In this document: positions 35,801-44,744 of the stretch, in pieces
Position numbering within the stretch: position 1 is the first letter of the stretch
How the letters are laid out: the number at the start of each line of letters is the position of its first letter
From: a virus
IMG/VR virus record: IMGVR_UViG_3300045988_166055
Span: 1 to 64,000 of that record
Length of the DNA stretch: 64,000 nucleotides
Direction: 5' to 3' (one strand)
Translations under genes and position numbers: made by a program
Notes under the pieces: generated by a model
Told to the model about the DNA's origin: nothing
Seen by the model: only the letters and a program-made list of their open reading frames with translations
Database searches by the model: none

Positions 35801-36113
35801 GCGAAAGCTTCCATTAACTGAAGAATTAGATTTTCATTATCTTCTTACTTTACTTCCTCCATTAAAAGATGAGCCTGAATTTTCTTGGCTTCCTGAATTG
35901 TTTAGCATAATAGGGCATGAAAAGTTATTGCTTTTATGTAAGTATGCAGGTGGAGAGAAAATAAGAATTCCTACTCTTGATGAACTAAATTTCAGCATAA
36001 ATTCATTACAATGGTTCTATGATGTTGAAATAAAGCGTTCAAAGCAATCCTCGGACATACCTTCTATATATTTAGAAGAAATTAAAAAGATTGGTGACAA
36101 ATACTTTGCTTGA
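35793..36113 (+). CDS. hypothetical protein (weak Mor-like LLLLCKYAGGEKIRIP segment)
   Basis: 106-aa ORF overlapping the upstream stop. Confidence 0.4.
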   Translation: MVKRKLPLTEELDFHYLLTLLPPLKDEPEFSWLPELFSIIGHEKLLLLCKYAGGEKIRIPTLDELNFSINSLQWFYDVEIKRSKQSSDIPSIYLEEIKKIGDKYFA

Positions 36114-36306
36114 AACTGTTAAACAAAGAATATCGTCGCTTCCTGCTAAGAGCTTCAAAGCTTTCTACAATGACTATTTGTATGAAATGCAGGATAGAGC
36201 AATAGATCAAGAAATGAATTATCTTGTTACTTATAATCAACTTGATATATTGAGTCTTGACAGATTGATACAAGATTATGTAAGTAAGATGGTGATTGAG
36301 AGATGA
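36091..36306 (+). CDS. hypothetical protein
   Basis: 71-aa ORF in an overlapping chain. Confidence 0.4.
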   Translation: MVTNTLLETVKQRISSLPAKSFKAFYNDYLYEMQDRAIDQEMNYLVTYNQLDILSLDRLIQDYVSKMVIER

Positions 36307-36626
36307 TTACAACAAATGATCTTCAAAGATTGTATGTTGATATGTATAAACAGATAAGAGAATATCTTTGGCCGTTCAGAATTGTTGAAGCACTCGCAGA
36401 TCTTGAAATAGCTTGTTACAAAGCATTTCCCGATATTGATGAGGTGAAAACATTTTTCAGACGACTTTCATCTGAAATACGGTTTCAAGCAGATAAAGAA
36501 GATGATGAAGATCTTCTTAAATCAATTGAAAAATTTCAGACATTTTTAGACGATGAAGATAAAATTGATGGAGTTTACTCAAAACTAAATAGCGTCAGAG
36601 AGGTGAAGGACAATGAGGATAAATAA
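36303..36626 (+). CDS. hypothetical protein
   Basis: 107-aa ORF with ATGA overlap. Confidence 0.45.
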   Translation: MITTNDLQRLYVDMYKQIREYLWPFRIVEALADLEIACYKAFPDIDEVKTFFRRLSSEIRFQADKEDDEDLLKSIEKFQTFLDDEDKIDGVYSKLNSVREVKDNEDK

Positions 36627-36813
36627 GAACACGAAGCAAGCTGAAATTATTGATAACAAAGACCCAGTTCTTTGCAAAAATTCTAATTGTAGGGAAGACG
36701 CTATCATTAAAATAAGAGAAGCTATCTCTTGTTTATCGCCTATTGCTAAACAAGATGATATTGCAAGAGAATCAATAGCTAACTTAAGTGTAATTCTTTT
36801 TGACCTTCAGTAA
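36613..36813 (+). CDS. hypothetical protein
   Basis: 66-aa ORF in an overlapping chain. Confidence 0.4.
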   Translation: MRINKNTKQAEIIDNKDPVLCKNSNCREDAIIKIREAISCLSPIAKQDDIARESIANLSVILFDLQ

Positions 36814-36826
36814 CAGGAGGTAGCAT

Positions 36827-37363
36827 ATGAAGGACCTCAAAACCGTTGAGGATCTGAATGATATTAAAATTCAAGATCCACTATCAAATTTTCAAAGGGA
36901 GGGCGTTTCTCGTATGCGCACCTCCCTACTGTCATGTACAATGGATTCTACAGGAAATACTGCTAAGCAAGCACTTCAGCAGATAACTGTGATGAGAATA
37001 TACCATCAAATAAGCAGAGTAATCAAATACTTAGATTTGATGGATAAGTTAGAAGATAAGCTATATTCATCTATCGAAAAGTCAATAGACAACATGGCTG
37101 AAGCAAATCCTTCTACGTGGGCAATGCTGCTTAGAATTCAATCCCAGCTACAGGACAATATGTTGCAGTCGCAGAAATTACTTGCGCCATACATGAACAT
37201 AGATTCATTTTCATTACCTGAAATAGTTGAAAACAGTAAGCAAGCCGATTCTACAGCTTATCTCATTCCACAAGAATCAAGAGAAAAACTTAGAACTAGC
37301 GCTCAAGCTATATTAGTTGAATTAGAGGCAGGTGATGAAATTGACGAAGATTCAGAATCTTGA
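36827..37363 (+). CDS. terS: putative terminase small subunit (T4 gp16-like)
   Basis: Lies directly upstream of and overlapping TerL. 178 aa. NPSTWAMLLRIQSQLQDNMLQSQKLL resembles the gp16 central helix region, and the tail is acidic. Confidence 0.4.
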   Translation: MKDLKTVEDLNDIKIQDPLSNFQREGVSRMRTSLLSCTMDSTGNTAKQALQQITVMRIYHQISRVIKYLDLMDKLEDKLYSSIEKSIDNMAEANPSTWAMLLRIQSQLQDNMLQSQKLLAPYMNIDSFSLPEIVENSKQADSTAYLIPQESREKLRTSAQAILVELEAGDEIDEDSES

Positions 37364-39251
37364 CAACCTTCCAGAAAGAATAAAATCAATTTATTCATCT
37401 GTTTCAAAAGAAGAGCAGAGGTACTTAAAACAGATTTTGATTGAGCTGTCAACAACAGGCACATCTCCTACATATGAAAACATATGGCTTGCAGACTTCA
37501 AAGAAGTCCCAGTAAGTATTGATACTTTTATATGCGATCCATATTATTTAGGGTCTGTAAACCGAAACGGAGAAGCTGTGTACCCATTTTGGCGCGAAAC
37601 GCTTAGAGATATATTTAATTCCGGAAATAAGTACAACGAAATAATACTTAGCGGAGCAACTCGTATAGGTAAAACATCTACCGCAGTAATTATATTAGCG
37701 TATATGCTGTACAGACTTATGCTATACAGAGACCCACATTCATATTTCAAAAAGAAACAAGTATCAAAATTCACTATAATATTTGCAAACTTGACAAAAG
37801 AGCTTGCAGAAGGTGTTGCGTACAGAGAATTTAATGATACACTTAAGGCGTCTCCATTTTTCAATGACCACGGAAAATTTTCTAGAAGTGACAGAAAATT
37901 TTATTATATTCCAGAAGGAGATAACATAGACATAATAGCTGTTTCAGATGCATCACAGGCGCTTGGAATGCAGTCATGGGCGGTCATGATGGACGAAACT
38001 AACTTCGCTAAGGCTGGCGTAAAGGACATAAATAAAGCGAAGGCACATATGAAAGCATTGTACGATACTGTCAATGCTCGTATCTCTGGTACATTTAGAA
38101 TAGGTGGCGAAGTTTATGGTAAGCTCATAGCTGCTTCCTCAAAGAATACCGATTCTGATTTTCTTAGTGATCATATTGAAAAACAGCTTAATTCTGGAAA
38201 TACACATTTATACTTAGTAGACGAACCTCAATGGAGAATACTTCCAAAATCTATGTTTTCAGATGAGCGATTTTATTTCACAGTTGGCGACAGATATAAG
38301 AGAGGTTTTGTAGTCCCAAAGGAGAATGAAGACGAAGCTCATCTTCAAGAATATCGTGAACAAGGTTATCAAGTAATCGAAGCTCCTGCAGAACTAAGAA
38401 AGAATTTTCTTGCAGATTATGACATATCTTTAAGAGATATAGCAGGCATATCTGTTGTAGGATCAATGGGCTTCATAACTCAGGAAGCAATAACTCCTGT
38501 AGTGTCTCAAGATAGAAAAAATCCATTCTTTACGGACACTATTCAGATTGGCTCAAAGGATAATGCCACAATACAGCAATATTTTCATATGGAAGTTGTT
38601 CCTAGTAACTTAAAAAGCTGCTACATGTCTATACATCTTGACTTAGCCGAAGTAAACGATAGACAAGGAATTGTAGGGAGCTGTGTAGACGGATCAAAGA
38701 TAGTGGAAGATATAAACGGAAGAAAGCTTTCTCTTCCATTTTTCAGAGAAGTATTTGCTGTAGGAATAGAAGCTCCTAGAGGAGACAGAATGTCTTTTCA
38801 GAAGGTGATAAATTTCTTAGTTTGGTTAAGACGATCCGGCTTCAACATAGGCGTAGTTTCAACTGACCAATTTCAGTCAAGTTACGTCAGGGAAATGCTT
38901 TCTCAACAAGGATTCAACACTAAGAAGATATCTGTTGATAGATCAGAAGAACCATACATAGGTTTGAAGAACGTAATATATGACCAAAGAATTGAGTTAG
39001 TTAAGAATCAGCTTCAAGAAGATGAATTAGTAAATCTTCAGAGAATAAACAATCGCATAGATCACCCGTCTGACGGATCAAAAGATATTTCGGATGGATT
39101 GTGTGGATCTATTTGGAATCTTGTTGAAGATCAAGTTTTACCGCAGCCTAAACCTAAATCAGTTGCTTCTGTAATTGCTTCTGTAAATTCAGGACAGAGG
39201 CAATACAGTAGAAATAATATGCCAGGATTTAATTTTCCTACAAAAAGATAA
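37332..39251 (+). CDS. terL: terminase large subunit
   Basis: Walker A LSGATRIGKTS, Walker B AVMMDETNF. C-terminal nuclease segment RIDHPSDGSKDISDGL. 639 aa. Confidence 0.85.
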   Translation: MMKLTKIQNLDNLPERIKSIYSSVSKEEQRYLKQILIELSTTGTSPTYENIWLADFKEVPVSIDTFICDPYYLGSVNRNGEAVYPFWRETLRDIFNSGNKYNEIILSGATRIGKTSTAVIILAYMLYRLMLYRDPHSYFKKKQVSKFTIIFANLTKELAEGVAYREFNDTLKASPFFNDHGKFSRSDRKFYYIPEGDNIDIIAVSDASQALGMQSWAVMMDETNFAKAGVKDINKAKAHMKALYDTVNARISGTFRIGGEVYGKLIAASSKNTDSDFLSDHIEKQLNSGNTHLYLVDEPQWRILPKSMFSDERFYFTVGDRYKRGFVVPKENEDEAHLQEYREQGYQVIEAPAELRKNFLADYDISLRDIAGISVVGSMGFITQEAITPVVSQDRKNPFFTDTIQIGSKDNATIQQYFHMEVVPSNLKSCYMSIHLDLAEVNDRQGIVGSCVDGSKIVEDINGRKLSLPFFREVFAVGIEAPRGDRMSFQKVINFLVWLRRSGFNIGVVSTDQFQSSYVREMLSQQGFNTKKISVDRSEEPYIGLKNVIYDQRIELVKNQLQEDELVNLQRINNRIDHPSDGSKDISDGLCGSIWNLVEDQVLPQPKPKSVASVIASVNSGQRQYSRNNMPGFNFPTKR

Positions 39252-39301
39252 TCAACTGCATTGCAGATGATATATTAAAAAAATTAAGGAGTCGATAAAA
39301 T

Positions 39302-40849
39302 ATGTTCGTAAGAAACTGTCTACGTGCAGGGGACTACCTTGTTCCTGTTCCTGTTGGAGTTCCTGTTACTCTTGAATACAACGATGGGTGGCTTTCAAAG
39401 GTTTATCTTAACTATGATAATCATAAAACTATCTTAGAGAGCCCGTTTTTTGAGATTGTAAAATCGGAAACAGACGTTCCCTCTAAGGTTCCTATCAAGA
39501 TTGGTATGACATGGGTGAAAGGTGTTCTATATTCAGGAACTCATATTTCATGCGATGGGTTTGTTTTCAATGAAGTTGTAAATAAGATGATAACTGACTT
39601 CTTGAGTAATTCAAGAACATACAGATTCTTTGCAGTTGATGTAGAAAGTAATGCAACAATGTTCCATGGGGCTGGTCCTGTGAGACAATGGCTAAAGATG
39701 AATGGATTCAAAGTTATAATGGGACAACTTGTTCCTGCTACGATAAATGAGAAAACATTCAATACAATGTGGAATGAAAAATATCAATTTGAATATCCTC
39801 TGATGATGTATTATTTCATTTGGAGAGGTTCAGAAAAGATAGTAAGAAATACACTTATGATTCAACATACTTGTAAGCGAGTGTCTAAAAATCTTCTTGA
39901 TAACGGATCTGTTCAAGCTATAATTTTCACAGAGTCAGATGAGAAAGTAGAAGTTGATTACTACGATGTAACAGCTAATGAATTGAGAGCAGGTAGTCTA
40001 TTCTACATTGATGATAATAACCATATTATCTATTCTTGGAATGATAATGCAAAATCTAAATTCAACGCAGAAATAACTTGTCCTGTATGCGGTAAAACAT
40101 ATGTTCCTAAGAAGTACACACATTGTGATGATGATAACTGTCTTTCATTGAAATACTTTACTGCTAACAACATTCTAAGATCATTTGGAATGCATGAAAT
40201 ATCTTTCAAAGATTACATCAAAAAGGTTAAGAATAATGAAATTCTCTCAGTTGGGGACATTCTTAATTGCGACGAATATCTAGATTACACTTTGAACGCA
40301 TCGTTGTACTCAGTTCTTAGAGCGCTTATTCCTCTTTCGGCTGCTAGAAGCGATGACAATATTTCGTCATTTGTTAACAGATGCAATAACAATGTAGATA
40401 GCTTGAAGTATTATATATCAAATCCTTCTAGAGCAAAAGTCGATTTTGAAATTACAGATCCGAAGTTCGATGATATGCTTGACTGGTTAAGTAAGAACGA
40501 AAATGTAGCGGATATTATCAACATTCTTGATAACCCTAGGTACAACCCTTCTTACAAAGATAAGCTTTTTGACGGACCTCCTATTTTCCGTGATAAAAAG
40601 ATTTATCTAACTGGAAGATTCAAGCACGGTGATATGAATTCTGTAATAAGTATTCTTCAAAGTTACTGTGCAGAAGTTACTGATAAATTTGGATCTGACA
40701 TTGATTGCGTTGTCATTGGTGATATCTTAGAGAATATAAACGCAAGAAACGTAAAAGCTGCTAAAAATATGCGTATTCCTGTTATGGACGAATCAACATT
40801 TTTTGATACTTATGATATTGATTCTGACATACAGCAGAACCTTCAATAA
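39302..40849 (+). CDS. LigA-like protein (Zn finger + BRCT) lacking a recognisable KxDG adenylation motif
   Basis: CPVCGKTYVPKKYTHCDDDNC (LigA-type Cys4). C-terminal BRCT-like KKIYLTGRFKHGDMNSVISILQSYCAEVTDKFGSDIDCVVIGD...RIPVMDESTFF. The N-terminus has LEYNDGWLSKVYLNYDN where LigA has E-x-K-x-DG. No KxDG occurs anywhere. Confidence 0.4.
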   Translation: MFVRNCLRAGDYLVPVPVGVPVTLEYNDGWLSKVYLNYDNHKTILESPFFEIVKSETDVPSKVPIKIGMTWVKGVLYSGTHISCDGFVFNEVVNKMITDFLSNSRTYRFFAVDVESNATMFHGAGPVRQWLKMNGFKVIMGQLVPATINEKTFNTMWNEKYQFEYPLMMYYFIWRGSEKIVRNTLMIQHTCKRVSKNLLDNGSVQAIIFTESDEKVEVDYYDVTANELRAGSLFYIDDNNHIIYSWNDNAKSKFNAEITCPVCGKTYVPKKYTHCDDDNCLSLKYFTANNILRSFGMHEISFKDYIKKVKNNEILSVGDILNCDEYLDYTLNASLYSVLRALIPLSAARSDDNISSFVNRCNNNVDSLKYYISNPSRAKVDFEITDPKFDDMLDWLSKNENVADIINILDNPRYNPSYKDKLFDGPPIFRDKKIYLTGRFKHGDMNSVISILQSYCAEVTDKFGSDIDCVVIGDILENINARNVKAAKNMRIPVMDESTFFDTYDIDSDIQQNLQ

Positions 40850-40869
40850 GTTTGATGGAGGTGAAATAG

Positions 40870-42357
40870 ATGCCTAACAGATGGATAGATAAACTGTTAC
40901 CTAGGCCCAAGAAACAACTTTCGTATCTCCGGAACATGGTTGCAGGTTCGTTATACAGGATTTCTGACATTCGAGGAAATTCTTCTTTTTCAGACATAAA
41001 AACTCAGATTGATGCCATGAGAGCCCTTGCAAGAGATTCTCAAGTAGCTACTGCTCTTTCCTACTATGCTACAGATGCCACTGTAACAAACAGTGACGGG
41101 CAGATAATTTGGGCTGTGCCTGTTGATAAGAATAAGAAAGAAGTAGCAGAGGTAATAAATGCTCTTTTCAAGCGATGGGAAATAAATAGCTATGCTAGAG
41201 ATCATATTTTAGAACTTGCCACTATTGGTAATCTATATATTCCTACGACCGATCTATACAAAGAGCCTATAGGAAATTACAATAGAGCAAACATAGCTCT
41301 TGATAACAATACAATTCCAAATGCGGAGTTTGATATTGTCCCTTCATATAAGATTCCTCCTGAGGACATTGTACATTTATTCAAGGAAGGTAGAGATGAA
41401 GGATATATTCTTCAGCCAGATGAACAAACAACTACTTATGTAAGATATCCTTCATCATCTGTTATACATTTTTCTCTTGGTGGATTGCTTGGAGATTATA
41501 CAATTGATGCTCAAGGTAAGAACAATGATGTAGACACTTACGATATCAAGTTTGCAAAGCCACTTATGGAACAAGCTGTTCAACCGACACAGACATTAGG
41601 TCTTCTAGAAGATGCATTACTTCTTTCTTCTTTGTCAAGAGTTGTAAGATTCATAAATGTCGAATGCGGAAATGCTGAGGAGGATGAACAAAGGGATACT
41701 CTTCAGATGATAAAAGATGCTATTGAGCAGCAGCTCTCTATAAATACTCTAAACGGAGACGCTCAAAGCTTTGTCAACCCACAGTCACCTAACAATTTAA
41801 TTTATCTTCCTAGGATAAATGGTCAAGACCCAATTTCAATAACAGATTTGAATATGTCAGATGCAACAGAGTCTGATTCAAAGTTGCTTGATCATTATCA
41901 AGATAAGAAGCTCTCAGTTCTAGGTGTTCCTAAAGAAGCAATGAACTTCTCATCAAATGAAGGTCTAGGCGGTGCTGGTTCTGTTCTTTCTCAAAGATCA
42001 GCATTGTATGCTAACTCTTTGCAAAGACTTGAAACAGCTTATATTTCAGGCTGGACAGATGCAATAAACAAGTATTTTGAAGCAAGAAACATGAATGGAT
42101 TTGTAGATCAATTCAAGCTTCAGATGCAGCCGATTGTTACAAATATGTCAACAGTTGTTTCTGAAAAGCGTGATGCTTCTGTAAGTCAAGCGCAAAGCTT
42201 GATAGATATGCTCAAAAATCTTGGAGTAACAGACAAAGAGCCTTACATGAAAGCTGTCCAAGAAGCACTGAAGGAGACATTCCCTCAGTTAGGATCAGAA
42301 ACAATGACATGGAACATTGATGTAACAGAAAGCGAGGGTGGAGACAGTGGCTTCTAA
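40870..42357 (+). CDS. portal protein
   Basis: 495 aa in the packaging module downstream of TerL. The family call rests on context and general resemblance only. Confidence 0.55.
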   Translation: MPNRWIDKLLPRPKKQLSYLRNMVAGSLYRISDIRGNSSFSDIKTQIDAMRALARDSQVATALSYYATDATVTNSDGQIIWAVPVDKNKKEVAEVINALFKRWEINSYARDHILELATIGNLYIPTTDLYKEPIGNYNRANIALDNNTIPNAEFDIVPSYKIPPEDIVHLFKEGRDEGYILQPDEQTTTYVRYPSSSVIHFSLGGLLGDYTIDAQGKNNDVDTYDIKFAKPLMEQAVQPTQTLGLLEDALLLSSLSRVVRFINVECGNAEEDEQRDTLQMIKDAIEQQLSINTLNGDAQSFVNPQSPNNLIYLPRINGQDPISITDLNMSDATESDSKLLDHYQDKKLSVLGVPKEAMNFSSNEGLGGAGSVLSQRSALYANSLQRLETAYISGWTDAINKYFEARNMNGFVDQFKLQMQPIVTNMSTVVSEKRDASVSQAQSLIDMLKNLGVTDKEPYMKAVQEALKETFPQLGSETMTWNIDVTESEGGDSGF

Positions 42358-42691
42358 TTCAGAACTAATTTCTCTATTCTTTAGCGATCTAAAGAATTAT
42401 AATTCTAATAATTTTAGAATAATTGAAAAAGCTGATCTTAGCAAAGAAGATGCAAGAGTATTTAAGTCTTGTAGTAGCGTAGTTACTAGGTATTTCATAT
42501 TTAGAGAAAGACATCCCGAAGTTTCTGATCAAGATATGAAGATACTTTACTACAGACTTGGAATTGATCAAATTGCTAGATATTTTTCAGAATATCCATC
42601 AGCTTGTGTTGAAGACCTAAAGCCTTTTCAGCAGCAACTAATATGCCATGTTGAAAGAGAAAAACGAAATAAACCAGAAGCTATTGGTTAA
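42338..42691 (+). CDS. hypothetical protein
   Basis: 117-aa ORF overlapping the portal gene 3' end. Confidence 0.45.
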   Translation: METVASNSELISLFFSDLKNYNSNNFRIIEKADLSKEDARVFKSCSSVVTRYFIFRERHPEVSDQDMKILYYRLGIDQIARYFSEYPSACVEDLKPFQQQLICHVEREKRNKPEAIG

Positions 42692-42702
42692 GAGGTGATA
42701 AT

Positions 42703-43329
42703 ATGTCTGCACCTTTGAGATATAGAATATCAGATTGGCACCAAGCTAATAAATGTTTATCAAATAACAGCAGAGATTTATGGATATCTGTTACTGATAT
42801 TATAAACAATGATATGCTAACTGGAGTAAGAATCGCTGTGTGTCATAGGCAGTTCGGAACGCTATTTTCTACAGTTATAAAGAGCAAAGGAAACTTGGTT
42901 TCTAAGTTTGAGGAAAAAATAGATCCAGATATGGATAAAGAAACAGTTCTTAAGGAAATGGCCAAATACGGATTCTTGATTGACTACAGGCCTGAATCAA
43001 ATCTTCCCGGTTCTCAGATATCTTATCTAATGTCTGTCGCAGGATTGAATTTTGATAAGATAAGAATAATGAGTGTGTATGAATATGACTCAAACGGAAG
43101 AAAACATTCTGATAATTACGTAGTTGCATTCATGTCTGCATATAACCCATACTGGTTGAACGCAAACTATTCTTGCTCTATGAAAGAATTCAAAGAAAGA
43201 CTTGCAAGCGGTTCTGTAACTAATCTTTCTAAAGTTAGCGAACAAAGAAGTTTCGATTGGTCATGGTTATACAACAACATATCAAATATTGACGATATAT
43301 TGAAAAGTTGTTCGAGGTGTTGCCAATGA
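42703..43329 (+). CDS. hypothetical protein
   Basis: 208-aa ORF preceded by AAGAGGTGA. Confidence 0.55.
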   Translation: MSAPLRYRISDWHQANKCLSNNSRDLWISVTDIINNDMLTGVRIAVCHRQFGTLFSTVIKSKGNLVSKFEEKIDPDMDKETVLKEMAKYGFLIDYRPESNLPGSQISYLMSVAGLNFDKIRIMSVYEYDSNGRKHSDNYVVAFMSAYNPYWLNANYSCSMKEFKERLASGSVTNLSKVSEQRSFDWSWLYNNISNIDDILKSCSRCCQ

Positions 43330-43862
43330 GCACTAACCTTATAGGCAGAGATATAATCATAATGCGAAAGCGTTATGACGAAGCATTGCAGATGCAAGGT
43401 GTACCTTGTAGGTATCAGTTTCCTAATCTAGCTTCGACAAACACTAGCGGTGAACCTGTTGTAGACAGTTATTCTGATATGATAGATACTCATGTATTTT
43501 TTGAAGGCTCACCTAAAGTGAAGACATTCAAACGAATGGGATGGGTTGTTGAAAATGATAAAGAGCTTCCATTTTTGATTCATTGCAGTTTTAATTTGCC
43601 TAATCTTCAGAAAGATAGCGTATTTAGAATATCAGGTCAATACGCGGATGTAGATGAAAGAGTATTCAGAGTAACTGAGATATCATATGATTTGCAAGCT
43701 GCTGATCATCTGGTTTGTCAAGTAGTACCTGTGTACGAAAAACAGATAGTAGGTAGAACAGACAAAGAAATTGAGCGAACCTTCAACAAGTCAAATCATT
43801 TCATGAAGTCGCCTACCGATTACAGAGGGAAGTACATTTCAGAACAATCAGGAGAGAGGTGA
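43308..43862 (+). CDS. hypothetical (possibly neck/structural) protein
   Basis: 184-aa ORF in the morphogenesis block. Confidence 0.5.
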   Translation: MFEVLPMSTNLIGRDIIIMRKRYDEALQMQGVPCRYQFPNLASTNTSGEPVVDSYSDMIDTHVFFEGSPKVKTFKRMGWVVENDKELPFLIHCSFNLPNLQKDSVFRISGQYADVDERVFRVTEISYDLQAADHLVCQVVPVYEKQIVGRTDKEIERTFNKSNHFMKSPTDYRGKYISEQSGER

Positions 43863-44473
43863 AAAATTTGATTTATCTTTATGACAAGTCAATAGCCGAT
43901 GATCTAAGAAAATCTTTCAATCCTGAAAACATGCCTGATCCTTATGTTAAAGTAGTTGATGTTGAAAGCTTTATGAACATTGGTGCTCAAGTAAAAGACG
44001 ATCAGCTTACATTTCCTATAGTAGGATTGAACAGGCCTGACAACTATTCTATCGACACTGATAGAACAAACTTCACGCTTATTCATAAAGGTGTTCCTGT
44101 AGCTGTAGATGACAAAGAGAACGAATTTTACAACGAAAAAGTAATTCCTATAAAGCAGTCATACGATATACATGTTCTTACTACAAATCAAGCTGATATG
44201 GATGAGATGATAAGAGAAATAATATTTAAGTATACTAATATGTATTTCCTTACTATAAATTTACCTTATGAAGTAAAAAGAAAAATCAGGTTTGGAATAT
44301 GCATAGATGGTGAAATAGAAAGAACATCTGGTTATTCGCAATATGCAGAATCTGGAACACTATATGAATCAATAATTCCTGTTAGAACAGAGGGAATGGT
44401 AATAGTAAGTTACACTCCTGTAAGGATAAGACGAACAGAATTCGTCACAGAGATAGAAAATCCTAAATGCTGA
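43859..44473 (+). CDS. hypothetical (possibly neck/structural) protein
   Basis: 204-aa ORF overlapping the upstream stop. Confidence 0.5.
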   Translation: MKNLIYLYDKSIADDLRKSFNPENMPDPYVKVVDVESFMNIGAQVKDDQLTFPIVGLNRPDNYSIDTDRTNFTLIHKGVPVAVDDKENEFYNEKVIPIKQSYDIHVLTTNQADMDEMIREIIFKYTNMYFLTINLPYEVKRKIRFGICIDGEIERTSGYSQYAESGTLYESIIPVRTEGMVIVSYTPVRIRRTEFVTEIENPKC

Positions 44474-44507
44474 ACCTTGTATACTTTTAGAAAGAGGTGA
44501 GGAAATA

Positions 44508-44744
44508 GTGATATATTATAAAAATACATCATCTAGGAAGCTCACATTTCATGGTGTAGAATTTGGTCCAGGAGAAATAAAGCCTGTTCCAGATTTTATA
44601 AATACATTGTGCATGGTTCGTTGCGATAAGCCATCTGAGCCTGTCAGACGAATTGATCATGTTAAGCAGGAAAAGAAAGCACAATCTACACCTGCTATTA
44701 AAGTAAATAATGAGCAAGGAGGAATTACTGATGGCTCAGATTAA
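44508..44744 (+). CDS. hypothetical protein
   Basis: 78-aa ORF after AGAGGTGAGG. Confidence 0.45.
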   Translation: MIYYKNTSSRKLTFHGVEFGPGEIKPVPDFINTLCMVRCDKPSEPVRRIDHVKQEKKAQSTPAIKVNNEQGGITDGSD

